Assembly (NCBI GenBank): GCA_964016885.1
Contig: OZ024740.1
Location: 87,792,001 to 87,856,000, forward strand
Direction of reading: 5' to 3'
Source: Eledone cirrhosa
Taxonomy: Eukaryota
Length of the DNA: 64,000 nt
The position numbers and the translations under genes were made by a program. Position 1 is the stretch's first letter; every line of letters starts with the position of its first letter. The notes beneath the pieces are model-generated. The model was not told where the DNA came from, searched no databases, and saw only the letters and a list, made by a program, of their open reading frames with translations. Shown one piece after another: positions 12,840 to 26,715 of this stretch.

Positions 12840-13364
12840 TATAGATGAGATTCTACAGGACTAGAACTGTTTCATTCATTAGAAATCATCAGGAATCTGG
12901 GTATCAAAAAATAAGTATGGTATTTATAGGTCTCTTCAGGTGGTAGGAGAGGGTAGGGAGTGGGATGGGTGTAGGTCATTGGTTGATAGAAAAGGGAATT
13001 CATTAAAAGCTAATTCTTCAAAGCTATAGTTTATTTTTAGAGTAACAAAGGCAGAAAGAATTCTATAAACAAGTTCAGGATGGGGTGCCACTCCTTATTA
13101 TTAAGTTTCTCTTAAGCTAACAGGTGTCTATAAGATCATTGGGGGTCAGTTATGGTTGATGGATTTAAGGAAAAGGGAGATTCTTTAAAAGCTAAATTCT
13201 TTAAGGTTCTACTAAGTGACAAAGAGAATTCTATAGACCAATTCAAAATATTGAGTGCATATCATACGATTATCTTCAAATTTCTCTTAAACTATTCAAC
13301 TATATGCCAAAAATCAATAGACATTCACTCACACACTCGCGCGCACCCACACTTACATATATTC

Positions 13365-13370
<6 letters not shown>
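12836..13370 (-). mobile_element. Inverted copy of the PLE 3' pseudo-LTR region
   Basis: Reverse complement of about 19905-20455. Confidence 0.9.
12848..12898 (-). ncRNA. Type I hammerhead ribozyme (family C)
   Basis: Minus strand: AGAUUC CUGAUGA uUUC uaau GAAu GAAA CAG uucuaguc CUG UA|GAAUCU; stem I is a perfect 6-bp helix. Confidence 0.75.
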
Positions 13371-13454
<84 letters not shown>

Positions 13455-13626
13455 ATATACACATATATATACATATACACACACATATATATACACATAT
13501 ACACATACACATATATATATATATGGATGTATATATAATGTATTTTGCAATACACTTTATGCTTAATTAAAAGCATTTTGAAGACCGTAAGCTATTGTTT
13601 TAAAGTAGTGACAAATTCACTCACTT

Positions 13627-13721
13627 TGATCTCAGCAAACAGGGGAGATAAGCCGACAAGACTTGTTTCGCTTTGGTTGAAGCTTATCAAGGCCAACTAC
13701 CCCACCTGTTTACTGAGATCA
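13627..13721 (-). ncRNA. Hammerhead ribozyme, U3-A8 variant (family A, unit 1)
   Basis: Minus strand: GGCC UUGAUAA GCUU caacca AAGC GAAA CAAG u CUUG UC|GGCU with distal stem I GAUCUCAGUAAACAGG/CCUGUUUGCUGAGAUC; cut at 13655/13654. Confidence 0.82.
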
Positions 13722-13942
13722 TTGATGTTATATTCTTATAGAAATCTAGTAAATAATCAGGAGCTGATTATGCAGAGCGGTTGTTGGTCAGGCAGAAATT
13801 AAAAATTAGAATTGGAGCTCTGAAATAGCAATATATATATGGATGTATATATAATGTATTTTGCAATACACTTTATGCTTAATTAAAAGCATTTTGAAGA
13901 CCGTAAGCTATTGTTTTAAAGTAGTGACAAATTCACTTACTT

Positions 13943-14037
13943 TGATCTCAGCAAACAGGGGAGATAAGCCGACAAGACTTGTTTCGCTTTGGTTGAAGCT
14001 TATCAAGGCCAACTACCCCACCTCTTTACTGAGATCA
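13943..14037 (-). ncRNA. Hammerhead ribozyme, U3-A8 variant (family A, unit 2)
   Basis: Same motif offset by 316 bp; one substitution in distal stem I. Confidence 0.82.
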
Positions 14038-14258
14038 TTGATGTTATGTTCTTATAGAAATCTAGCAAATAATCAGGAGCTGATTATGCAGAGCGGTTGT
14101 TGGTCAGGCAGAAATTAAAATTTAGAATCGGAGCTCTGAAATAGCAATATATATATGGATGTATATATAATGTATTTTGCAATACACTTTATGCTTAATT
14201 AAAAGCATTTTGAAGACCGTAAGCTATTGTTTTAAAGTAGTGACAAATTCACTTACTT

Positions 14259-14353
14259 TGATCTCAGCAAACAGGGGAGATAAGCCGACAAGACTTGTTT
14301 CGCTTTGGTTGAAGCTTATCAAGGCCAACTACCCCACCTGTTTACTGAGATCA
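14259..14353 (-). ncRNA. Hammerhead ribozyme, U3-A8 variant (family A, unit 3)
   Basis: Same motif offset by 632 bp. Confidence 0.82.
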
Positions 14354-14502
14354 TTGATGTTATATTCTTATAGAAATCTAGTAAATAATCAGGAGCTGAT
14401 TATGCAGAGCGGTTGTTGGTCAGGCAGAAATTAAAAATTAGAATTGGAGCTCTGAAATAGCTCCTGATTATTTACTAGATTTCTATAAGAATATAACATC
14501 AA

Positions 14503-14597
14503 TGATCTCAGTAAACAGGTGGGGTAGTTGGCCTTGATAAGCTTCAACCAAAGCGAAACAAGTCTTGTCGGCTTATCTCCCCTGTTTGCCGAGATCA
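14503..14597 (+). ncRNA. Hammerhead ribozyme, U3-A8 variant (family A, inverted unit)
   Basis: Core TTGATAA 14534-14540; stem II 14541-14554; GAAA 14555-14558; GTC 14567-14569; cut after 14569. Confidence 0.82.
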
Positions 14598-14728
14598 AAG
14601 TGAGTGAATTTGTCACTACTTTAAAACAATAGCTTACGGTCTTCAAAATGCTTTTAATTAAGCATAAAGTGTATTGCAAAATACATTATATATACATCCA
14701 TATATATATTGCTATTTCAGAGCTCCAA

Positions 14729-14806
<78 letters not shown>

Positions 14807-15238
14807 TATATACACACACACATATATACACACATATATACTTACACACATACAAACATACATATACATATATATATATACACACACACATACATACATA
14901 ACCTACATATACACATATACACACATACACACACACGCACATATACGCACACATACATACATATACACACACATAGATACACATACATACATACACACAT
15001 ATATACACACATACACACATGCATATACATGTGTATGTGCATATATGCATGTGCGCATGCGTATGCACGTGCACATGTGTGCATGTGCGCATGCGCGCAT
15101 GCGTGTGCGTATATACATATACACACACATACATATACACACGCACACACATATATATATATATATACATATAAAAATATACACATATACACACATATAT
15201 ATATACATTCATGGGTGTATACATACATGCATATGCAT

Positions 15239-15343
<105 letters not shown>

Positions 15344-15360
15344 ACCACCACTACCACCAC

Positions 15361-16644
15361 GCCCGTAAGACCTTTCTATACCACGATGGATCTTACTGGA
15401 TCAACAGGAAATCTCAGACCCCATTTGACGTTATCATGAGAGCGAGTGACTCGGCTGAAATTAGCGACCTTGTGGGCTTGTACATCCTACATCACCTGAA
15501 GAACCTCTTTACCGGCCTAACCGGAGGTTTATACCGAGACGACGGCCTCTTCGCCCCGCACACGGTTAACCCCAGAACCACCGATGGGTTTCGGAAAAAC
15601 TTAAGCTCGTTCTTCTCTAATCTAGGATTTAGTATAACTATAGAATCTAATTTGACTAGGGCCAACTTCTTAGATGTCACTCTCGACCTAGATACTTCCC
15701 TCTATTACCCGTACCACAAACCTAACGAGTCCCTTAGATATATTAATGTTAATTCAAACCACCCCCAAAACATCACTGATAACTTAGTAAAAAGCGTCTC
15801 TATTAGAATATCTAGCCTCTCCGCCAACAAAGATATTTTGAACGCCTCTGCCTCCTACTACAATGACGCCCTCGCCCGCAGCGGATTTAAAGAAAAGATA
15901 ACCTACCTAGAAACCACCGCAAGGTTGCAGAGGAGGAATAGGCATAGGCAGATTAGCTGGTACAACCCTCCTTTCAATAGAGAGGTCTCTACGCTGATAG
16001 CTAGGATTTTCTTCACTTTGCTGAAAATACACTTCCCCATACAACATAGGTACCACACCATCTTTAATAAGAACACAATAAGACTCTCCTACTCCACCAC
16101 ACCTAGCCTAGCTAGGAATATAGCCAACCACAATTCTAAAAAATTAAATAAGCCAACCACCTCCGAACCCAATCCCCGGACTGGGGCTTTGTGTAATTGC
16201 CTAAATAAGGAAGCATGCCCACTTGAAAACAAATGCCTCACAAATGATATCGTATACAAATGCGATATCATCTCAGGCACCGATGATTGCAATAACAAAA
16301 AAACTTTCATCGGCATGACTTCCAATAATTTTAAGACCCGTTGGTATGCCCATACCCACTCCTTCAGAAAACCGGACAAATCAAACCAGACAACACTCGC
16401 CTCCTATGTTTGGGACCTCAAAAGGAACTCCACCCCTTTCACGCTTAAATGGAAAATACTCCAGAAAGCGCGCTCTTACAACGGAGGACACAAGAGCTGC
16501 GACCTTTGTATCTCAGAGAGCTACGAAATTTTATTCTCCAAGGGCCCGCTACTGAACAAACTCTCTGAACACTGCCCGAACTGCATGCACAAGAACTTTG
16601 CAACTTTCAAATACTTTAAGCCAGTGTTAAAGCCCGATGGCTAA
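15361..16644 (+). CDS. 5'-truncated Penelope-like element RT + GIY-YIG endonuclease (Naiad-like)
   Basis: [65 protein letters not shown]; the ORF N-terminus (15211-15360) is only (CA)n read-through. Confidence 0.92.
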   Translation, partial: ARKTFLYHDGSYWINRKSQTPFDVIMRASDSAEISDLVGLYILHHLKNLFTGLTGGLYRDDGLFAPHTVNPRTTDGFRKNLSSFFSNLGFSITIESNLTRANFLDVTLDLDTSLYYPYHKPNESLRYINVNSNHPQNITDNLVKSVSIRISSLSANKDILNASASYYNDALARSGFKEKITYLETTARLQRRNRHRQISWYNPPFNREVSTLIARIFFTLLKIHFPIQHRYHTIFNKNTIRLSYSTTPSLARNIANHNSKKLNKPTTSEPNPRTGALCNCLNKEACPLENKCLTNDIVYKCDIISGTDDCNNKKTFIGMTSNNFKTRWYAHTHSFRKPDKSNQTTLASYVWDLKRNSTPFTLKWKILQKARSYNGGHKSCDLCISESYEILFSKGPLLNKLSEHCPNCMHKNFATFKYFKPVLKPDG

Positions 16645-16847
16645 AAACGACCTCCGCCTTTTAGCCTCTATACCTCCTTCCCACCCTACCCCACCCCTCC
16701 TCAACCTGAAATACGGCCACTATGGTTATGTGAGTACCTCTTACCTATCTGCTTTTTCTGCCTGTAGAGCTGTTTTTATGTGCCTGTGTATATGCGTATA
16801 TTTATTGAGTACTTATTTATTTGATTGTGTATATATGTATTTGTGTG

Positions 16848-16930
<83 letters not shown>

Positions 16931-16937
16931 ATATATA

Positions 16938-17018
<81 letters not shown>

Positions 17019-17055
17019 GTGTATATATATATATATATGTATATGTATGTGTATG

Positions 17056-17086
<31 letters not shown>

Positions 17087-17091
17087 ATGTA

Positions 17092-17210
<119 letters not shown>

Positions 17211-17299
17211 GTGTATGTGTATGTATATGTATGTATGTATGTATGTATGTGTATGTGTGTGTGTGTGTGTATATATGCGTATGTATGTGTGTGCTTGTA

Positions 17300-18709
17300 T
17301 GCTGGAATTTCAAATTTGGCGGTCATTCAATGCGTGAGGGAGCGGCTTAGCAGACACGATTTTTAACTGCGGTAAGAATTTTTTCTTATATCAAAGTTTA
17401 ATGGGCTTCCACTGAAGATTTATAAGTGCCCACCTAAATATATTCTTACATGAATATATGTTAGGCTTCTACATGAACTGGAAACATTCTCCCAATTTGT
17501 AGAAAACTTATAATGAAACAATTGTTTGGAAAGAGAGATATATTTTATCTTTAATTATATCTCATAAAATAATACAACTGGCTTTCCACAAAATACATAT
17601 AGTTAGCACCCCAAACACTTAAATTGGGTTTATACTGACATATAACCTAATGTTTGTTGAGTGAGATGGTTACCAGTCAGAGTTTAGCTTTAAGCCATCT
17701 CTGTTATTGTATTAAATATTTTACTCTTGATTGGCCAGAGGTATTTATTTCCAGGTACCTTATAAATATGACTTTCCGTATTTATTAATGTTATGGGATA
17801 TGGTGGCTTTTCGGTTGTCACTTCTCTGTTTTTAGCCTAAGAAAATATATATATGCATGTGTAAATAATTACATGCATACATTTATTTTTTTAAATTAAT
17901 TGAGTTCTTAACAGGTGGAATTGATATTAGTTTTGAAATAACTAATTAACCCGCGTGTATTTAATATTTTACTCTTAATTCGGCCGGAGATTTACATTCC
18001 CAATTGCCCTTTAAAGCGTATCTTTCCGTATTTACTACGGTTATGAGATGCGGTTTGTTATTCAGGTACGACTTCTGTTTTTAGCCTAAGAAAATATCTA
18101 TATGCGTGTGTAATTAACACACGCATACATTTATTTTTTTAATTTCAATTGAGTTCTTAACACGTTGGATTGATAATGTTTTTGAAAAAACTAATTAACC
18201 CGCGTGTAGATTATTTTTTTCTTTTCTCGTGTATCGTAGTTGTCTCCCCTTCCCGCTTCGTGACGCTATAATACTTCCTCAGTCAAAAACTGCTGGAATT
18301 TCAAATTTGGCGGTCATTCGATGCGCGAGGGAGCGGCTTAGCAGACACGATTTTTAACTGCGGTAAGAATCTTTTCTTATATCAAAGTTTAATGGGCTTC
18401 CACTGAAGATTTATAAGTGCCCACCTAAATATATTCTTACATGAATATATGTTAGGCTTCTACATAAACTGGAAACATTCTCCCAATTTGTAGAAAACTT
18501 ATAATGAAACAATTGTTTTGAAAGAGAGATATATTTTAAATTTAATTAAATCTCATAAAATAATACTACTGGCTTTCCACAAAATACATATAGTTAGCAC
18601 CCCAAACACTTAAATTGGGTTTATACTGACATATAACCTAATGTTTGTTGAGTGAGATGGTTACCAGTCAGAGTTTAGCTTTAAGCTATCTCTGTTATTG
18701 TATTAAATA
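17300..18709 (+). repeat. Direct repeats of about 420 bp (17300-17719 and 18291-18709) downstream of the PLE ORF
   Basis: Both begin TGCTGGAATTTCAAATTTGGCGGTCATTC; offset 991 bp; each contains CTGAAGA..long hairpin..GAAACA..TGTA (degenerate HHR-like). Confidence 0.88.
17706..18210. repeat. Two diverged ~250-bp tandem units
   Basis: Shared TATTTTACTCTT, CTTTCCGTATTTA, CTGTTTTTAGCCTAAGAAAATAT, AATTGAGTTCTTAACA and ACTAATTAACCCGCGTGTA. Confidence 0.85.
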
Positions 18710-18819
18710 TATATATAAATGTATATGTATGTGTGTGTGTGTGTGTGTGTGCAGATGCATATGCATGTATGTATACACCCATGAATGTATATATATATGT
18801 GTGTATATGTGTATATTTG

Positions 18820-18902
<83 letters not shown>

Positions 18903-19257
18903 ATATATATGTGTGTGTATATGTATATACGCACACGCATGCGTGCGCATGCGCACATGCAAACATGTGAACATGCATACGCATGCGCACATGCATATAT
19001 GCACATACACATGTATATGTATGTGTGTATGTGTGTATATATGTGTGTATGTATGTGTGTGTGTGTATATGTATATATTTGTATATGTATGTATGTGTGT
19101 GTATATGTGCATGTGTGTGTATGTGTATATGTGTACATGTATGCAAGTGAATGTGCACACACGTGTACACAGGTATACACATGTGTATCTGCAGGTGCAT
19201 GCATGTACATACATGCACATTCGCACGCACGCGCGTGTGCACATGTATATGTGTGTG

Positions 19258-19312
<55 letters not shown>

Positions 19313-19529
19313 GTGTGTGTCTATATATATGTATATATGTGTATATATGTGTTTGTGTGTGTGGGTGTGTTGTGTGTATGTGTGTATGTGTGTATGTGTT
19401 TGTGTGTTGTGTATATGTGTGTATGTGTTTGTGTGGTTCTCTGTGTGTGTATTTATTTATATATGTGTGTCTATGTGTATATATGTGTGTGTGTGTATAT
19501 ATATATGTGTGTGTGTATATATATATGTG

Positions 19530-19584
<55 letters not shown>

Positions 19585-19709
19585 ATATATATATATATAT
19601 GTGTATGTATGTATATATATATATATGTATTTGTATATATGTATGTGTGCACTTGTATATGTGTATATGTGTATGTGTGTATATGTGTATATGTAGGTAT
19701 ATGTATGTA

Positions 19710-19742
<33 letters not shown>

Positions 19743-19791
19743 GTATATGTATGTGTGTATGTGTGTACGTATATATGTGTGTATATATATA

Positions 19792-19822
<31 letters not shown>

Positions 19823-19877
19823 GTATGTGTTTATATATATGTGTGTGTATATGTATATATATGTGTATATGTATGTG

Positions 19878-19904
<27 letters not shown>

Positions 19905-19911
<7 letters not shown>

Positions 19912-20530
19912 AGTGTGGGTGTATGTGGGTGCGCGCGAGTGTGTGAGTGAGTGTGTGAGTGAATGTGTCTGTTGATTTTTGGCATATAGTTGAATAGTTT
20001 AAGAGAAATTAGAAGATAATCGTATGATATGCACTCAATATTTTGAATTGGTCTATAGAATTCTCTAGGCCTTTGTCACTTAGTAGAACCTTAAAGAATT
20101 TAGCTTTTAAAGAATCCTCGCTTTTCCTTAAATCCATCAACCATGACTGACCCCCAATGATCTTATAGACACCTGTTAGCTTAAGAGAAACTTAATAATG
20201 AGTGGCACCCCATCCTGAACTTGTTTATAGAATTCTTTCTGCCTTTGTTACTCTAAATATAAACTATAGCTTTGAAGAATTTGCTTTTAATGAATTCCCT
20301 TTTCTATCAACCAATGACCTACACCCATCCCACTCCCTACCATCTCCTACCACCTGAAGAGACCTATAAATACCATACTTATTCTTTAATACCCAGATTC
20401 CTGATGATTTTTAATGAATGAAACAGTTCTAGTCCTGTAGATTCTCATCTATATTAAAACTTTTATACTCTGCAATGTATTGAGTACCTTACTTACTGTG
20501 GTTACCTCCGACTCAACCCGGAATAACGTA
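19905..20530 (+). mobile_element. PLE 3' pseudo-LTR and tail (family C)
   Basis: Inverted partner at 12836-13370; ends ..CCCGGAATAACGTA like the other tail copies. Confidence 0.8.
20395..20445 (+). ncRNA. Type I hammerhead ribozyme (family C)
   Basis: AGAUUC CUGAUGA uUUU uaau GAAu GAAA CAG uucuaguc CUG UA|GAUUCU; one mismatch in stem I. Confidence 0.65.
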
Positions 20531-20542
20531 CCTATATATATA

Positions 20543-21624
20543 CTAGAGAACAGTCAGGAACTAGAGAAAAACACAATGGAAAGCATCCTGCAAATAGCAA
20601 ACTCCATCCACCAGAGCATTAGAGTTACTATAGACTACCCAAGTAAACACCCCAACCATCGATTACCTGTACTAGACACAGAGCTCTGGTTAGATACCAT
20701 TAACAACAAAAAACAAATCCTCCATTCCCATTATGCCAAACCCATGACTTCCAAACATCTGATCCATCGAAACTCGGCCATTTCGGACCATACCAAAATC
20801 AACATACTGATTGCGGATTTGGTACGGGTGATGAGAAATGTGTCTCGCATCTGTAACCCCGAAGAACTAGAGAGACACATACAACACTTCATCCACCGTA
20901 TGCAGTTCTCTGGCTACAATAAAATCAGTGTATAGAGGAGCCAGAACCAAATGGGAAAAAATGGTAAATAATGACATAAATGGGACCTGCCCCTTGTATA
21001 GGAGCAAATTTTGGAATAGAATAGAAAGAACTAGGAACAAGGCTAATAGAATAAACTCAAAGGTATGATAGCAATAAATACCAGAGTGTAATGTTCATCA
21101 ATACAACCCCTAGAGGTGAATTAGCTTACAAATTTAGAAGGGCCCTAAATAAACATAAACTCAATATTAAGATAGTAGAAAGACCAGGTACCTCCGTAAA
21201 AACACTTATTAGCAAGACATACCCTTTTCAAAGACCCTCATGTATAGATAAGAAATGTATAACCTGTAAAATAAGCCCCCATATTAACTGTAAAACTAGA
21301 AATGTAGTGTATAGCATAAGATGTACTGAAGGACAATGTAGAGACAAAAATATAGTGTACATAGGTGAGACAGCTCGTAGTGTAGGGGAACGGATAAATG
21401 AACACTGGCGAGACCTTCAAGATAATAAAGAATCATCCGTACTCTACCAACATGCTAAGATAGAACACAAGGGTAAATTAGAGAACATAGAAATAAAAAT
21501 AGAATCTACACACAGAAAAGACGCAACGTTTAGACAAATTACAGAGGCAATAAACATAAAAGAATTACAACCAAAATTAAATAGAAAATATGAGTGGAAC
21601 AGCAACATCACAACTTACAATTAA
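20543..21624 (+). pseudogene. Second PLE family: RT thumb/linker + GIY-YIG, frameshifted and 5'-truncated
   Basis: DYPSKHPNHRLPVLDTELW..HYAKPM..RMQFSGY, then CITC..CKTRNVVYSIRC..YIGETARSVGERINEH..RQITEAINI..PKLN. Confidence 0.9.
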
Positions 21625-21806
21625 GGACAAAATAAAAACACACACACACATAGAACAAACAACCAACCAGTAACATGTAAATAAACAAATAAATAAATGA
21701 ACATAAACACACACAGACACCCGGATGTGGCGCATGCGCAGACTGAGCACACAACACATACACAGAAACAAAATGGCGTAGGACAGAAACAAAGAAAGGA
21801 ATCCCC

Positions 21807-21851
21807 AGTCACTGAAGAGGTCACAGAGTGTGTGACGAAAGAACTATGACT
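21807..21851 (+). ncRNA. Minimal type I hammerhead ribozyme (family D) in PLE 3' region
   Basis: AGUCA CUGAAGA g GUCACA gagug UGUGAC GAAA GAAC UA|UGACU; cut after 21846; about 180 nt downstream of the GIY-YIG stop. Confidence 0.78.
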
Positions 21852-21997
21852 ATATATAAACAACTATCTGGTTGTGGAACCAACCAACCAACCAACCAAC
21901 CAACCAGAAATTTATAAATTTATAAATATATAATAAATTGAAGTGAAAGAAACTGGTGCGTGTGTTTCTTATTGGCAACATGACCCTCCCAAAGTAT

Positions 21998-22085
<88 letters not shown>

Positions 22086-22799
22086 GGGAAGGAAAAGAAA
22101 CAGAAATGCAGAGACGAAGTATAGGAGAGTCAATGATAGGGAGATAGATATGTGAGTATATGTATATATATATATATATATATAGTTGTGGAACACTGGA
22201 AGGTAATATCCGTAGTGGTAGAGCATTCCGTCCAAGGGACGAGTTAGGTAGAAGTGGTTACACAACAGTTAGTTCACCATACCGAGAACAATTGTTTCAC
22301 CTTAGCGGATCTTCAGCTAGGGATGTGCATGGTTATAGGAACAGGAAGGTTATAGTACGAACGCGCATGCGCAGAAACCCGGTCACTTTACACAAGCAAT
22401 ACTAGACTGCGTGCGCGAGGTGTAAGGGAGATAACTGCGAAAGTCCGGATAGTTTTAGGTTGAAAATAAAATTTAAAAAAATTAAAAATAAAATTACAAA
22501 GAATCAGTCCGGAGCCTTGTAGTTATGCAATAGATGTTTGGTGACGTGTGGACAACGTGTGAAAAATTCATCTCTCGTGTTTAGGCAATCACTATTGCCT
22601 AATCTCTTTAGAATAGTTATTTGTTCGTCAATACATAAGCCACACGTCGGGTTTCCCCGTGCGTATGGCTTGTACTTAGTGATGGCTTTCCATTGAATGG
22701 AGTAGCCTATACTTGAGTCTTTGAGGGACCATACATGGCTCGCGAGTTTCGTGGATGATATATACTCATATATATATATATATATGAGTATATATATAT

Positions 22800-23541
<742 letters not shown>

Positions 23542-23749
23542 TTATACAGGCAATTCAAGCTGCACTTGACTAAGTACGCCTGGTTTAAAAAGCTACATAA
23601 GATCTCATCGCTGTACTGAATAAATTAAACTGAAGTGGTCAAGGTTTGTGTTTAGCAGACAACCAAAACCTGCACCCAACCCCTTGCTTCTGCTGAGATT
23701 AATAGAAGCTGCATTCTTATAGAATGCCAGTAATATTTAAGAGCTTTGC

Positions 23750-23901
23750 TTTTGCCGAGAATACGTAAGTGACATAGTCACTACTTTTAAACTCATAGCG
23801 AATGGTCTTCAAAATATTTTAAATTAAACATACAGTATATTGCCAAATATACTATACATACATTCATGTTTACATCGCTATTTCAGAGCACCAAATCTAA
23901 T
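23750..23901 (+). repeat. Diverged 3' part of the family-A 316-bp repeat (HHR not recognisable)
   Basis: GTCACTACTTT..GGTCTTCAAAAT..GCTATTTCAGAGCACCAAATCTAAT followed by (AT)n, as at 14612-14735. Confidence 0.75.
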
Positions 23902-25034
23902 ATATATATACAGTATATATACAGTATATATATATGGGATAACAAGTTATCGTTTTAGATAATCCAGTTAGAGGTTGTGAGCACTCTGTACTATGGATAG
24001 TTTTAAGAGTATTCCAATGATTTGATCAGAGACACACACTGTATTTAAGGTCTAGTGGCGCAATTTCGAGTTATTAGAGGCCTTTAGACTTTTAGCAGCA
24101 TGGATTATAAATGTTATTGAGACACGAGTAACATAATAATAATGTCAACAGCAGAAATTAGAGATGAAATGTATGTTTATTTTGGTTGTAGCACAAATAA
24201 TGTTGGTTAACTTGTATGGTTGAAGTTACACATAAAAATGAGGTTACAAAAGGGAATGTGCCATTGCGCCGGAAAGCCGGCAGGCTAAGGTGCAAAATCT
24301 CACCGTCACATGTACGTGTTGCTGGTTCGAGGTTCCTGGTGCGAGAGAGAAATTCTTCAAATCTTCGCGGGGAATTTCTCCCCCAGGACGCGTAGGGATA
24401 CATCCTCTTCTACTGGCGCTGATTGGCTGAGCTGAGCCAAATCACGCACAGAGAATGTATGTGAGCCCGCGGAATGTAGGTCACTACAGACTCACCTGAT
24501 CAATGAAACAATTGTTAATACTGTAAATAAAACCCTTTTTGTACAGCCGACCATGTTATTCTTAACTTTTTCACTATATACAGTATATATATAACAAACG
24601 CACCCATGTGCCCGAACAGAACATATTTTGTATCTTAGTCAAGGCTTATTTGCACTCTTTAAATCTTTATGTGCGACGAATTGTCGTTAGGACTTCGGAT
24701 AGAATGCTTTGTGGCATTTATTTCGCCGTCTGTTTCTACGGTGCCCCTACGACTCCATCAAGAGTCATGAGTTCATAAAACATACAAAACTGTATAAATG
24801 TGATTTGAAAATTTTTATATGTGAGAAACAGATTCTGCTATAATTCTACTACAGAGGCCTATGATATTATCTTTTCAAAGGACGTTTTAGTTAATAGGGA
24901 TTAAGAATGAATATCTTCTTAACTCCCAATATTCAAAACCTACAAATATTTAAACCCTATTAGGTATGAAATAAGACGAAAATGTTTCTAACATTAAGTC
25001 AGGAAAAATATTATGTACTTGGTGGTTTTGAATT

Positions 25035-25790
25035 GCTAATCTACTTCGAAGTAGGCACCTTGTGCCTCCACAAACTTAACTTAGCAATACTTCCACCTTT
25101 AGAAGAATGTCTGGAACGCTTCTTCCTGAATGGCTCTCCTCTCCACCGTTGCAGTTTTTACAATGTCCTCTTGGTTCTTAAAGCGAGAACCTTTCAGTGC
25201 ATCTTTCCAGATAACAAAATGAACCATATCTCGATTGTATGGAGTCTAGCAAATGAACGAAATAGTTTTCTTTGCCGAGAAATTTTGGATCAGCTGCGAC
25301 GAATGAACCAGTGCGTTATCTTGCTATAGCTTCCCGTCTTTCTAGGCTCACAGATACGATGATGTCAGAGGACTTCCTGATAGTACCCCATTGTAGATGT
25401 CTATCCTTTTGCTTCATATTAGCAAACTCGGAGAAAACCTTCAGCATCATCTTGATTTTGCTGCGCACCTGATATACATTTTGGGGGCCTCGGTGATGTT
25501 GGATGCCTCTAATGTGATGACTGAGATTTAGTTTCCAGGTCATACCAGTACACTCCCATCTCATTTCCAGTTATCACAGTATTCAGGAACTGAAGATCCT
25601 TGGCAGTATCGGACAAAATGAAAATACGACGAGTAAGTAGTACGGCAGCCAGCACACTGGCGCATCTCATGAGTTCACTCGAAATCACGCTTGTGCATGA
25701 ATGTATCCATTCAACTCTGCAAACTTTGGTCTCTCTAACGTCATAACTTCCCACGTAGAAAAAAAGTTGGATAATGTTTCGACAGACCTC
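25035..25790 (-). pseudogene. Degenerate mariner (Mos1/Hsmar-like) transposase
   Basis: FLNTVITGNEMGVYWYDLETKSQSSH (cf. ITGDETWVYxYDPETKxQS), QVRSKIKMMLKVF and C-terminal VEAQGAYFE; many stops and frameshifts. Confidence 0.8.
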
Positions 25791-26715
25791 ATAGTCTTAA
25801 AAGGCTATCATTTTATGATACAACAGAATTGATCATCATATATCTAAACTCATCATGCTATTAAACACTTTGTCATATATTGCTGTACAATGTTTCATAT
25901 ATTTCAATTTGCCTTCCTATTTTTTATTTTTCATTTTATACTGTTATTAAATTTTGTTAGATGTCTTATTAGCTGTTTACTCTTATTTTTTTGTGAGTTT
26001 TTTAAAATAGATTTTTATATTTATTAGTTTTGCAATTTCTTTTTGTTTTAACTTCACCTACATTAATCTTAAAAAAGAACTTACACGTATATTTATTAAT
26101 TAATTCATATATTTAGTTATGACTACTTTTACTAATTTCATATTGTTCTATTCTCTTATCGATCTTGCAATATAGATATTTATTAACCTTTCAATCTTTT
26201 GTGCTAATAAAATAAAGTACCACTTCATGGCAAATTATTGGCAGAATTGTTAGAGTGTTGGACAAGATGTTTTGTAGTATTTTACCGTCTTTCTATGTTC
26301 TGGAGTCTTAGGGAGAAGAGACATCGTGGTCATACAGGTATTTAGACAGTGCTCGGTGTGCCTCAGAGCTGGGTTAAACACGAAAATATGCTATAAAAAC
26401 TGAGGTTATAACCACCGCATGACTATTGAAATGTAAATGGAATGCGTTGTAAGAGAGCAGTGGAAATACGTAGTCTGTTAGCCAGTGCCGTTCGGATACT
26501 TGGGTCGGTTTTAAGATCCAGTCCGCTTCTGTTAGCGGGGTGGAAATTAATCCGTCACCCGGTTTAAGATAACGGAGACCTGAAAAGAAAAAATAAATAA
26601 AGTGCCAAAAGCACTGGCATTTCCCCCCAAAATAAGAAGTGAAAAAAGAGGAATAAATATTTTTCCCCTCGCTCATTTCAGGTGATATTATGTCTTATTA
26701 TGTTGTATAATTGAG

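Larger units (their letters stand above)
13520..14735. mobile_element. Retrozyme-like tandem array: three direct 316-bp units and one inverted partial unit
   Basis: Period 316 (matching ORFs at 13545, 13861, 14177); inversion junction at 14460/14461; one HHR per unit; flanked by TA-rich microsatellite. Confidence 0.85.

Noticed and set aside
13520-14460. CRISPR-like array
   Set aside because: Units are 316-bp whole-unit repeats without unique spacers; eukaryotic context and no cas genes.
13545-14679. Four repeated 82-85 aa ORFs
   Set aside because: They start at TTG, have no recognisable motif, lie antisense to the ribozyme and are not evidently preserved in the diverged homolog at 11.6 kb.
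20354-20360. Extra CTGAAGA upstream of the family-C hammerhead
   Set aside because: No matching stem II-GAAA-stem III arrangement.
23935-24575. Non-repetitive block flanked by TATACAGTATATAT, possible LTR or MITE
   Set aside because: The flank is low-complexity and no TIR, partner LTR or coding motif was found.
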